This document shows positions 41,976 to 50,959 of a stretch of DNA of 64,000 nt, one piece after another. Position 1 is the first letter of the stretch, and every line of letters begins with the position of its first letter. Origin of the DNA: Porphyridium purpureum (taxonomy: Eukaryota); the NCBI GenBank assembly GCA_008690995.1, contig VRMN01000001.1, positions 2,480,001 through 2,544,000 of the forward strand. The letters are read 5' to 3'. The notes under the pieces were generated by a model, which saw only the letters and a program-made list of their open reading frames with translations, had not been told where the DNA came from and ran no database searches. Position numbers and translations under genes: made by a program.

Positions 41976-42277
41976 CGTGGGTTTTCTGTTAACGATCAAC
42001 GAAGAACCCTTTTACTATTCCCCTTCCCTTACCTTCTCTCTTTTCTTCTAGGCTTATCCGTCTGCCATCTCTGCGCGACCGCACCCACTATATAGACGCC
42101 CGCCGGGTCCTTGTTGATGCAATCTGACCACATCGAGTCACGTCACATCGGCATCCGGCGGGACGCTAGTCGAGTCACATCGCATTACACCCGCTGAATC
42201 CCCGTCACGACGTCCCGGTACGTTCGCACTCGCCCTTCCGCACGCCCATCGACGAGTGGGACGGGCAACTTTCCACG
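41976..42277 (-). repeat. 5' LTR (302 bp)
   Basis: Identical by eye to 36877-37178; immediately followed on the minus strand by the PBS. Confidence 0.97.
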
Positions 42278-42280
42278 CTT

Positions 42281-42288
42281 TTTGGCGC
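42281..42288 (+). promoter_or_regulatory. Predicted E2F site TTTGGCGC at the retrotransposon insertion point
   Basis: Matches TTTSSCGC; overlaps the right TSD; ~210 bp upstream of the CDC6 ATG in the reconstructed empty allele. Confidence 0.5.
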
Positions 42289-43021
42289 GAGCTGAACGTC
42301 ACATTCGTGTGCTGTACCTCTTCGGCGCGCGTCTCTTCTGCTGACTGAGATTCATCGCACACGGAGCGCCGGTTTAACGGTTAAACGGCTAAACGTTATC
42401 GCGAAACCGATAAGAATCCTGGCTTCGAAGAACAAGGTTCTGATGGTGGAGCAGTGGCAACGGCCTGAAGAAGCTGTGCGTTGATATTCGTGTAAAACGC
42501 AGATGAAGCTCGACGCAGAGCGTGGTGGCATCTGTGGTTGAGCATAGAGAGTGAGTGTGCTGCTCGGAAAAGTTGCACGTTCAACATGGATGTGACGGTG
42601 ACTTGGTTTCTGTGGCTTGCGGCGGACAGCGACAGAGCGAGAGTTCCAAGCACCACTTCGGACGTGTCGTGCGGGCAAGGCCAGTGGCTTGTATCTTGCG
42701 GTTCAGATACTTGCTTGCGCAGTTGGATGATGATGATGATGATGAGAATATGCGTCTTGGGCCAAGTCCAACCAAGCGGCGTATCGCTGGGTCTGTCCCA
42801 ACCTTGTGGGCACACTAGTAGAGCGTGCCGTTTTGCTGTGCAAACTGAACACTGCTTGTGTGAGACTGTACTCTGGTGTTCATTAACGACGCGAAAGGTG
42901 GCGCGGTGGCGTGGTGGCGGGGAGTGCTTGTTCGCGCGGGTTCGCGTAGGGGCGAGGGGCCGATGGGAGCGAGAGACAAACGGCGTCAAACGGTGTAAAG
43001 GCGTGCGGGTTGGCGGGTGCG

Positions 43022-43921
43022 ATGGCGTCCGTGAAAGGGAAGCAGAACTCGACGGTGTTTGTGGGAAACATTCCGTATGGAACCACGGAGGAGCAGCTGC
43101 GGGAGGTGTTCGGGCAGGTCGGGAACGTGGTCAGCTTCCGCATTCTGTACGACAAGGAGACCGGGAAGCCCAAGGGGTTCGGATTCTGCGAGTACGAGGA
43201 CACCGAAACAGCCATGAGCGCGATCCGGAACCTCAATCAGGTTGAGGTTAACGGACGCCCGCTGCGTGTTGACTACACAGAGGGCGAGAAGCGCGATCAA
43301 GGAGGCGCCAGCGGCGGCGGTGGTGGAGCGGGAGCGGGAGCGGCGGTCGCGGCTGACGCGCCCAAGATCGTGCTGGGCGGGCATGGAACCCCGGCCTTTG
43401 CGAACGGAATTGCAATGCGGGATATGTCCCTGTCCGCGATTTTTGATGTGCTGCTTCAGCTGCGCGATATGCTCCATCAAAATCCGGACGGCCTCCGCAC
43501 TTTACTGCAAGGAAACCAAGCATTGTCGCACGCTGTAGTCATGGGCATGATGATGCTCGGTTTGATGAACACACCGGCACCGGCACCGGTGCCAACTCAA
43601 ATGCCGCTGCCTCCTGGGCTGATCATGCCCCAGATGATGCCGGGGCAGCAACAAGCTCCGTCCCGCGCACCGGTGCCGCCGGGTATGATGCCTCCCGGGA
43701 TGGGCATGCCAATGCCCCCAGGTCATGTAGGACCACCGCCGAATCAGGCACAGCTGATACAGCAGGTCATGAGCATGACTCCGCAGCAGATTGATAGACT
43801 ACCTCCCGCTCAGCGCGGCCCGATTCTGCAAATGCGCGCTCAGATCATGGCGCAGCAGCAGCAGCAGCAACAACAACAACAACATGCAGGCGGTTTTCGG
43901 CGTCCGCCAGGCCCGTACTAA
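43022..43921 (+). CDS. CSTF2: Cleavage stimulation factor 64 kDa subunit (CstF64/RNA15)
   Basis: RRM TVFVGNIPY...DKETGKPKGFGFCEY...AMSAIRNLN; hinge; C-terminal LIQQVMSMTPQQIDRLPP. Confidence 0.93.
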   Translation: MASVKGKQNSTVFVGNIPYGTTEEQLREVFGQVGNVVSFRILYDKETGKPKGFGFCEYEDTETAMSAIRNLNQVEVNGRPLRVDYTEGEKRDQGGASGGGGGAGAGAAVAADAPKIVLGGHGTPAFANGIAMRDMSLSAIFDVLLQLRDMLHQNPDGLRTLLQGNQALSHAVVMGMMMLGLMNTPAPAPVPTQMPLPPGLIMPQMMPGQQQAPSRAPVPPGMMPPGMGMPMPPGHVGPPPNQAQLIQQVMSMTPQQIDRLPPAQRGPILQMRAQIMAQQQQQQQQQQHAGGFRRPPGPY

Positions 43922-43991
43922 AAGACAGAAATGAGGAGCGAACGTCAGCACGCTCTTCTGGTGCACATACAAAATCTTACAGGTTTTTTTA

Positions 43992-45212
43992 TCAAAGACA
44001 CGTGTCCATCACATCTTTGCTCTCCACACCCACCACGTACTTTCGCACAGCGTCCATCGAAAAGCCGCGTCGCGCAAGAGTTAGGACCTTCCGCGCTGTG
44101 GTCGCGGTCGCCTTCTTTTTCATGCGCGCCTCCTTAAGCAACGGTTTGAGGTTCATCCGCAGTTTGTTCTGAAAGTAAAACCGAACACAATCATACACGC
44201 TCTTGTACGGAAGCGCGGAAGCAATTTTCTTGAATTGCTTCTCCTCACTCAAAAACTGCTCAAGAAACACCATTTTTTCCGCTACAGTCCACGGGTTTCG
44301 CGCTCGGCATGCGTACAAGTCGGCCAACGGGTCGTCGATGCGCACAGATGCTGTCACCGGCTTGTATAAAGGATCTTGGTCTGGGATATCGGCAGAGGTA
44401 AGCCGCCATCTCTCGACACCCTGCGGCGTGCCCCTGCACAGCTCAATTTCATCAAGCACGGCGTCTACCTCGTTCAACGACTGAACGGTTGAGAGTTGCA
44501 AAGTTCCTGTGCCGCTCAGCCCTGACGCCGACCTGTACGTAACGCGCCCGCTGGATGTTAATTTTGCTGAGGAAATCGCGTCAGCTTCGCGTGTATTCAG
44601 TAAAATAAAGCGGTCGCGCTCTCGCTGAATCGCGCGCTTGCGTGCAGTTTTTTCGCCGCTAATACGTCGTTCGAGCCCCGCAATCCACGCTTGCTTGAGC
44701 TCCGAATACTTCTCGTACAGGCGACGGGTGTGAATTTTTTGGCTGAGCGAGGACTCACAAATTCGCGAGCAAACTATATTCCTGCGACTGCTTTCAAGCA
44801 ACTCGTCCAGAAGAACCTTGTCGACTTCCCACACGCGCGGAATCACGGGCGCCGCAGCGATGCCACATTCCGGCTCGAAGCACACTCTGTCCAATTGTTG
44901 TTCGGCCAGCCGTGCCCGTTTTCGATTCTCTCTCACAATGACCTGTATTAATGGCGCGTACAAGGGCTCATATCGAGCTGAGACGTCCGCACACTGTCCG
45001 CCATTACGGCCGCCTGCCTCAAGCGTATCTGGTCGTCTCCACGACTCCAACCGACCGCTACTTTGTTCCTCCCTCAAAGCTTCCTCGGTTGCTTGCATGC
45101 GCGCTCGCAAACGCGCACTCACAAGTTGCAGCGTCCGAATCTTATCGTGCGTGCGGTCCAGAGCAACGCGCAAATCTTCGGAGCGCCTTTCTTGTGGGTC
45201 CGGGTCTATCAT
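43992..45212 (-). CDS. SANT/Myb-domain protein, NCoR/Snt1-like
   Basis: NPWTVAEKMVFLEQF...KQFKKIASALPYKSVYDCVRFYFQNK; upstream SADIPD motif. Confidence 0.8.
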   Translation of the reverse strand: MIDPDPQERRSEDLRVALDRTHDKIRTLQLVSARLRARMQATEEALREEQSSGRLESWRRPDTLEAGGRNGGQCADVSARYEPLYAPLIQVIVRENRKRARLAEQQLDRVCFEPECGIAAAPVIPRVWEVDKVLLDELLESSRRNIVCSRICESSLSQKIHTRRLYEKYSELKQAWIAGLERRISGEKTARKRAIQRERDRFILLNTREADAISSAKLTSSGRVTYRSASGLSGTGTLQLSTVQSLNEVDAVLDEIELCRGTPQGVERWRLTSADIPDQDPLYKPVTASVRIDDPLADLYACRARNPWTVAEKMVFLEQFLSEEKQFKKIASALPYKSVYDCVRFYFQNKLRMNLKPLLKEARMKKKATATTARKVLTLARRGFSMDAVRKYVVGVESKDVMDTCL

Positions 45213-45447
45213 TCGTCTCGCTCGCGCTAGCCGGAGGAGCCCCCACTATTCCGTCTCGCGCGGCGCGCATGCAGCGCACAGATTCTTACCACACTGTGAG
45301 CCTCGCAAACGCGTTCAGCGAAACTCCCTTCACAATGTTTGGCACGTGCTCGACCGGTTAAAACAATTGTCGGCTCGAACCCCGCCGAGGAGGGAAAGCG
45401 CGAGTGGCAGTTGCGACGCCGCATCGTTGGCGGATAGGTGGGAAGGA

Positions 45448-46209
45448 ATGGCGAGGCGAGTAACCGAGAAGCAGCTGCGTTTGCATATTAAGGCGGATCG
45501 GCAATGGTGGCTGGTGGATTGTGAAAACCAGCCGCTCGGGTGGGTGTGTCGGCAGATCGCCCAACTCGCGCAGGGCAAGCACAAACCATATCACACCAAC
45601 GATGTGGACTGTGGCGATAATGTGGTGGTGATCAACGCCAAAAAGGTGGCCATGACCAACGGAAGGATGCACTCGGCAAGCTACTTTCGGCACACCGGAT
45701 ACCCCGGGAGCGAAAAGTGGATTCCCTTCTTGCGCCTTCGCGAACGGCACCCGGAAATTCTGATCAAGCAGACGTTGCGGCAGATGTGGGCCCGCATCCA
45801 CAAAAGAAAGGAGCGCATCAACACACGCGTGCGGGTGTACCCGGACGCTAGGCATCCTCACGGCTACCAAAACCCAACCCCGGTGTTCCTTAATTCGCTA
45901 ACACCGCGCGTAGGCTATGGAGGCGCGCCTTACGATTTTGAGATGGACTGGCTGTGGGACTGTGTCGTCCCCTTTATTCATCCAGAGGGCTACGATGAGG
46001 CTAAGAAATTTGCCCTCAAAGCCTGCGAAAAGAAAATGGGCGTGTTCGCGCCGCAAAGTAGCGCGGGACTCGCCGAGCTCATCGAACCAAGCGCAAAGTT
46101 CATCAGAGACTCAACGGCGCTGCAGTCGTACGTGCAAAAGTATGGCAGAAACCCGGAGAGCGCAGTTGCAGTCCCTGCAGTGTGTTCGATTCCAGAGTAC
46201 AATATTTAG
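45448..46209 (+). CDS. MRPL13: Ribosomal protein uL13, probably mitochondrial
   Basis: WWLVD...LG...GKHKPYH..DCGDNVVVINA, HTGYPG, VYPDARHPH. Confidence 0.9.
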   Translation: MARRVTEKQLRLHIKADRQWWLVDCENQPLGWVCRQIAQLAQGKHKPYHTNDVDCGDNVVVINAKKVAMTNGRMHSASYFRHTGYPGSEKWIPFLRLRERHPEILIKQTLRQMWARIHKRKERINTRVRVYPDARHPHGYQNPTPVFLNSLTPRVGYGGAPYDFEMDWLWDCVVPFIHPEGYDEAKKFALKACEKKMGVFAPQSSAGLAELIEPSAKFIRDSTALQSYVQKYGRNPESAVAVPAVCSIPEYNI

Positions 46210-46283
46210 TTCTTCAATTTCTAAAGACGGAGGAAGTGAGAAAATCGGTTAGGGACGTTCTTCTCCTTGCATGGAGCCCCAGA

Positions 46284-48770
46284 TCAGAAGATCATGTCAT
46301 CGTCAAAATCATTCGCAATCTCGTCCAGCTCTTTCAGTGCCCCCGGGGGCGTGGCTTCCAAGCCCCGCGGACTGTCACGTCTTGGTGGCGGTATGACGGA
46401 TGGCTTCGGTGCGCTTCCGAAACCTGGCATTGCCGGCGATCTTGCGCGGACATCTGCCTTGGGTGCAGGCGCATTTGCCCAGCTCGGGATTCCACTACCG
46501 CCAGTGCTTCCTCCCGATGGGGTACTTTGCTGGTTCAGTTGAGGCGCCGCACTGAGAACAAATTCTCCACCTGGGCGACCTGCAATCCAAGGCGGCCGAT
46601 GGGTTTGAGCGGAGCTCGTTCTGCTTTGTTCAAATGGAGAACCGTTCTTCAAAGCCTGCTGCGCGAGCGCGTCTCCCGATCCGCGAAGGTCTGGCTCCGC
46701 GCCTGGTGTCCGCGACGGAATCTTCGGCGGCGTCTGCTGCGCTTGTTGCGGCTGATTTTGCCCATACTGGTGCTGTTGATGCTCTTGTGTGTGAGCCAAC
46801 ATTCCCGCAGAGTGATTCTGAGTTTGTACATATTGCGGAGACTGTAGTTGCACTTTCGGTTGCGGTTGCGGTTGCATTTGCGATTGCCTATGCGCTTGCA
46901 CTTGTCTTTGTTGTTGTTGTTGTTGTTGTTGTTGCTGTTGTTGCTGTTGTTGCTGTTGCTGTGGCTGCTGCTGCTGCTGCTGCGAAGCCCACGACGCTCC
47001 ACTGAATCCTCCTACGGGGAAAGAAGGAGGGGATGCAACGGAAGCCTCGTGCTTTTCGGCGACAGGACCACTAGATACATGGCTTGGACCCGCAGCCATT
47101 GGAAGCGGTGGTCTACTCCCAGATTTTGATTCAGGCTGCGAGTACGAATTGCTTTGGCTTCGCACTTTCAGCGACTCGATCCAGTTCGGATCCACACTGA
47201 CTTCAAGAAGCGGTTTGAGAAACTGAATATCTACGCCACTCGCCTGCAATGACACCAAATTCACAAGATCGTCCCCGCGTACACCAAGGGATGTACCGCG
47301 GGCCAAAGTATTCACCGGAAAAGCTACCACCTGCTGGAAAATCTCTGCGTCACCAATTAAGTATTCGACATATTCTTTGTCCGACAAAAGTCGCTGCCTT
47401 TTAGATGCGCCATCATCCCCCGCGGACGCTGTTGCACTCTCGGAATCGCTTTTTTGCCGGGCACCTTGCTCAAGGTCGTATGCAAACATCTCTTGAAGGA
47501 CATGCATTGACGTTTCCCCCAAGTCGCCAACCATATTCGCCAATGAGCGTGCGTAATCGCGGACGCGCACGGTCGAACTCCCTCCGATGCGCACGGAACC
47601 AATGCTTGCATTCGTGCCCGTCGGTGCTGATGTTTTCTTGGCAGTCCCAGCACCAATCAGCAATTTTTGTGCCGGAATGTCGATCTCGAGTTTCGGCCTT
47701 GGAATCAGACGCTGTTGATTCGCATGCTGATCCTTTAAGTTAGTACCAGGCCGGATATTGTAGTAATGCAGCAGTATATTCATGAGCGCCTTTTCCTCGG
47801 TCGGGCAATGAAACATGGGCGGCATTTTGAATGCTGGAGGTATATAAGCCATCCTACCGTCATCATCGTCGTCGTCGTCATCATCTAGATCAGATCCCAT
47901 ATCTCTAGGGTCAGGTGTGTGCACATTGGACCGCGTAGGAGTTGCATGTACAGCCAAATTGCCATCTTGGTCTCTAGAGAACACTCCCAAAGACCCGCGT
48001 GGACGCTCGAGATTGTCGCGCTGTACTCCAGTTCCGCCTTGTGGGTGAGTCGGAGGAAGTCTTTGCCCGTCCGGAGAACCGTTTGCGTGTGCTTGCTGCG
48101 CGTCTTGAAACCGTTGTTGCTGTTTGATGGACTGCACGTCGTCGTGGTACTGCTTCAACGCCGACCGGCACAGTTTCAAGCTAATGTCGCGCAATTTACC
48201 GGCCTGCTTGGCAAATATCGAGGTGGGTTCATTGAAGAGCTCGCAGTTGGACCAAATCAGCTCGAGATCTTCCTCAAAGTGTTCGAATGAGCGGTACTCG
48301 TTACGCATCACTTTCGATCGGCACGTGCTCAAGTCCATGGGGTTCTTGATGACATCGCTGTAGCCGGGCACCGCACGAACAGGAACTGGTTCGAGGAAAA
48401 TCCCGCGGGTGTCGCGCTTGAACAACGCGTCCAGTACGAATACGAACGCCCGGCGCAGCGCGTCCCTTGTTGTCCTTGGCGGCTTGTTCGGCGCGGCGGA
48501 CACAGCCCCTCCCCCGGCGCCTCCGGCGGAAAACTTGAGGTTCGAAGCATCTTCTTGGACCAATGATGCTTTGCTCCTGTTTACCTGGCCGCGTGCCACC
48601 AAGTTCGCGTACAGCGCGCGCCCCAAATTCTGGTCCTCGTCGAGCTTGTCGTCGGAGCCAGCAGACTGCGACGCGGAAGCCGCGCTGTACGTCCCCGCAC
48701 GCCGCCGCCCTTTCGCACGCGCTTTATTGTCCCGCCCTTGGGAGCGTGCCCGGGCGCTGTCGCGAGGCAT
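46284..48770 (-). CDS. Bromodomain protein (BRD7/9-like) with poly-Q region
   Basis: DTRGIFLEPV...VPGYSDVIKNPMDLST...DLELIWSNCELFN; start at MPRD inferred. Confidence 0.85.
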   Translation of the reverse strand: MPRDSARARSQGRDNKARAKGRRRAGTYSAASASQSAGSDDKLDEDQNLGRALYANLVARGQVNRSKASLVQEDASNLKFSAGGAGGGAVSAAPNKPPRTTRDALRRAFVFVLDALFKRDTRGIFLEPVPVRAVPGYSDVIKNPMDLSTCRSKVMRNEYRSFEHFEEDLELIWSNCELFNEPTSIFAKQAGKLRDISLKLCRSALKQYHDDVQSIKQQQRFQDAQQAHANGSPDGQRLPPTHPQGGTGVQRDNLERPRGSLGVFSRDQDGNLAVHATPTRSNVHTPDPRDMGSDLDDDDDDDDDGRMAYIPPAFKMPPMFHCPTEEKALMNILLHYYNIRPGTNLKDQHANQQRLIPRPKLEIDIPAQKLLIGAGTAKKTSAPTGTNASIGSVRIGGSSTVRVRDYARSLANMVGDLGETSMHVLQEMFAYDLEQGARQKSDSESATASAGDDGASKRQRLLSDKEYVEYLIGDAEIFQQVVAFPVNTLARGTSLGVRGDDLVNLVSLQASGVDIQFLKPLLEVSVDPNWIESLKVRSQSNSYSQPESKSGSRPPLPMAAGPSHVSSGPVAEKHEASVASPPSFPVGGFSGASWASQQQQQQPQQQQQQQQQQQQQQQQQQRQVQAHRQSQMQPQPQPKVQLQSPQYVQTQNHSAGMLAHTQEHQQHQYGQNQPQQAQQTPPKIPSRTPGAEPDLRGSGDALAQQALKNGSPFEQSRTSSAQTHRPPWIAGRPGGEFVLSAAPQLNQQSTPSGGSTGGSGIPSWANAPAPKADVRARSPAMPGFGSAPKPSVIPPPRRDSPRGLEATPPGALKELDEIANDFDDDMIF
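46908..46983. repeat. (CAA/CAG)n coding microsatellite, poly-Gln
   Basis: TTG/CTG triplet run on the plus strand. Confidence 0.95.
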
Positions 48771-49278
48771 TCCGGCATGCAAGCAGCACGCAACCCGCCG
48801 CGGCACTCCTCCGCGCAACGCACACACTACGCGCCAACCTAGAGTGCGCGCGCGCGCATACACGTCTTTCTCTCGCACACACTGTACCTTATTCGTTTTC
48901 TGTCCGAGGGTGTAACTGTACTTTACTGCCTCGATAGGAGTACAGCGTGTGTACACTGGGCGTTCATGATGTCGGCTCGAAACGCCTCGCGACTGATGTT
49001 CACGCAGACTAGGAGACGGGCTGTCAAAGCCGACCAGCATATAAGTAACATTCACCTTGAGGTCTGCGCACAGAGCACGTTTCATTCTTCCGTGTGCCAG
49101 GAATTCAGGAATCCGGAAAGATTTAAGGCTAATTTACGATTGGAAAGAGAAAGTCTTCGAATTTATTATTAGAATACGTGCCTTTTCACTGGGTCTGAAC
49201 AAGAAATAGTTCATCTATCTCTTATCCAATTTTCTTGCCCAGGGGATGCCACAGCAGCATATTATCACACCTCTCAAC

Positions 49279-49617
49279 TTACAAGCCAAATTGATGGGGC
49301 AGCCACAAGATCTGGTCCACAAGTCCCGGATGTTCTGGGCTCACAATGTTCGTGACAAGTCCCACAACAAAGAAGATCATCGCAAGACGTCCGTTGACGC
49401 GCTCAGCGTACGCGGTCCAACCCGCCTGGCGCGGAAGCTCTTCAGCTTGTCGCAGCTGCTCCCTCTGCTTGTCCAACACATCTTTGCTGTCGTCTTTCAA
49501 AGCCACAATGGTTTTCGTGTTACGGCGCGACACAGGCGCACTCTTGAAAGAAATCTGCTTCTGCGAAACTGGTACGCGGTTCGCCGCAATGCCACACCCG
49601 TTCACGAAAGCTGCCAT
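49279..49617 (-). CDS. High-light-inducible / one-helix protein (LHC-like), plastid-targeted
   Basis: GWTAYAERVNGRLAMIFFVVGLVT chlorophyll-binding helix; MAAFV- transit peptide. Confidence 0.9.
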   Translation of the reverse strand: MAAFVNGCGIAANRVPVSQKQISFKSAPVSRRNTKTIVALKDDSKDVLDKQREQLRQAEELPRQAGWTAYAERVNGRLAMIFFVVGLVTNIVSPEHPGLVDQILWLPHQFGL

Positions 49618-50218
49618 TTTCTCTCTAAAGTTCACAACCGTTCCGTCAATCCCGTCACTACTCTTCTTCTACTCAGTGCAGCTTGTCCACGAATTATCCT
49701 CTTGTTACTTCTGCTCTCGCTACCGCTCTATCTCTGAGATTTCGCTGGCACGGATCATCCTTAAGTAGCCATCACAGGCAGCAGTGTGCTTCCATGGCCA
49801 TCAGCTTTGCCGTGGCTTTGTTGCCACGACTTCAGCTGCTTTGCGTCGCTTTGCGCACTGAAGCATCGCTCGCACCCTGGAAGCATCACGTTCCACCGTG
49901 TCCGGCCCCAGTAACAGTCCGCTTACAACCAGCAAGTACAGCCAAGTAAACCGGTTTATTTGGCTTTGCGTTGCTCCGGCTTTGCGGTCCGCGTCACCAG
50001 GAAGAAGCGCGGGAACCGCGTCGCGCGCATTCCAACGGAGAAGTTGGAACGGTGGAAGGAGTAGTGCATGGCTCCCAGTCAACATGATGCACTCGCTCCT
50101 GGCTGTATAAAATGCCAGAGGCATACTGCCGCACTGGCCAGAATCTTGCAGTGCATGTGTCCAGAGAAAGTAAGGCAAAGATCGCAAGTGAAATAGACGA
50201 GCAAAGTTTAAGAATATA

Positions 50219-50515
50219 ATGGCGTTTGTATCATTGACTGGTGTATCGACTGTATCAGCCAAACAATTCAAGGCAACGTGCGCCAAGTCGGCGTCGGTGT
50301 CGCGTGGCAACGGCAAAGTTATCGTGGCTGCGGCTCCGCAAACGCAGGAGGACAAGAAAGTGAGGCCTGGCTTCAACGTCAAGAACGAGGTTCTAAATGG
50401 CCGTGCTGCCATGATTGGGTTTGTCCTTGCGCTTGTGACGGAGATTGTATCTCCTCAGCATCCGACCCTGCTCCAACAAGTTCATGCGCTCCTGCCATTC
50501 GTTCCTTCCTTGTAA
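50219..50515 (+). CDS. High-light-inducible / one-helix protein paralog
   Basis: GFNVKNEVLNGRAAMIGFVLALVTE; MAFV- transit peptide; TATAAAA at 50106-50112. Confidence 0.9.
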   Translation: MAFVSLTGVSTVSAKQFKATCAKSASVSRGNGKVIVAAAPQTQEDKKVRPGFNVKNEVLNGRAAMIGFVLALVTEIVSPQHPTLLQQVHALLPFVPSL

Positions 50516-50959
50516 TTGGTAATTATAGACGGGATCGCTGAAGCATTGTTTAAGTCGGCAGTCACAGAGAGACTTTCCAGATTTCTCACAGTAAACTCAT
50601 AAATCTCTCTGTAAATCGCTCGCGCACCATCCCACCGTGTAGAGTGGACAGTCCTCCGGGTTGAAGGTCGACACCAGTGACTGTTTGTACTCGTTGGTTG
50701 TAACATGGCTCGTGAATCAAAGTGTGACGCAGTGTCACGTGCGTTGACACAGCCAGAGAGGTGAGTTTCCGATGTGGGATGTGAACTCCGTCCAAACCAA
50801 ACACAACCTGTGCCTTTCTACCTCTAACTTTCGCTGCTGCTTCACAAAGAAGGAGTTGAACCATTCACTGAATGAAACCTACAGCTCTGCTACACAGTCA
50901 CAGCACCGCAATCATGCGAGCAAATATCTACGCTTTCATTGAGCACAACCACTTTCGAC

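Larger units (their letters stand above)
36877..42277 (-). mobile_element. Full-length LTR retrotransposon (5401 bp): copia-order pol (PR-IN-RT-RH) with gypsy-type gag
   Basis: Two 302-bp LTRs, CTTTT TSD (36872-36876 and 42278-42282), PBS, and intact gag and pol ORFs. Confidence 0.97.

Noticed and set aside
44818..45447. Long N-terminal extension of uL13
   Set aside because: Non-ATG start overlapping the antisense SANT gene; the likely start is ATG 45448
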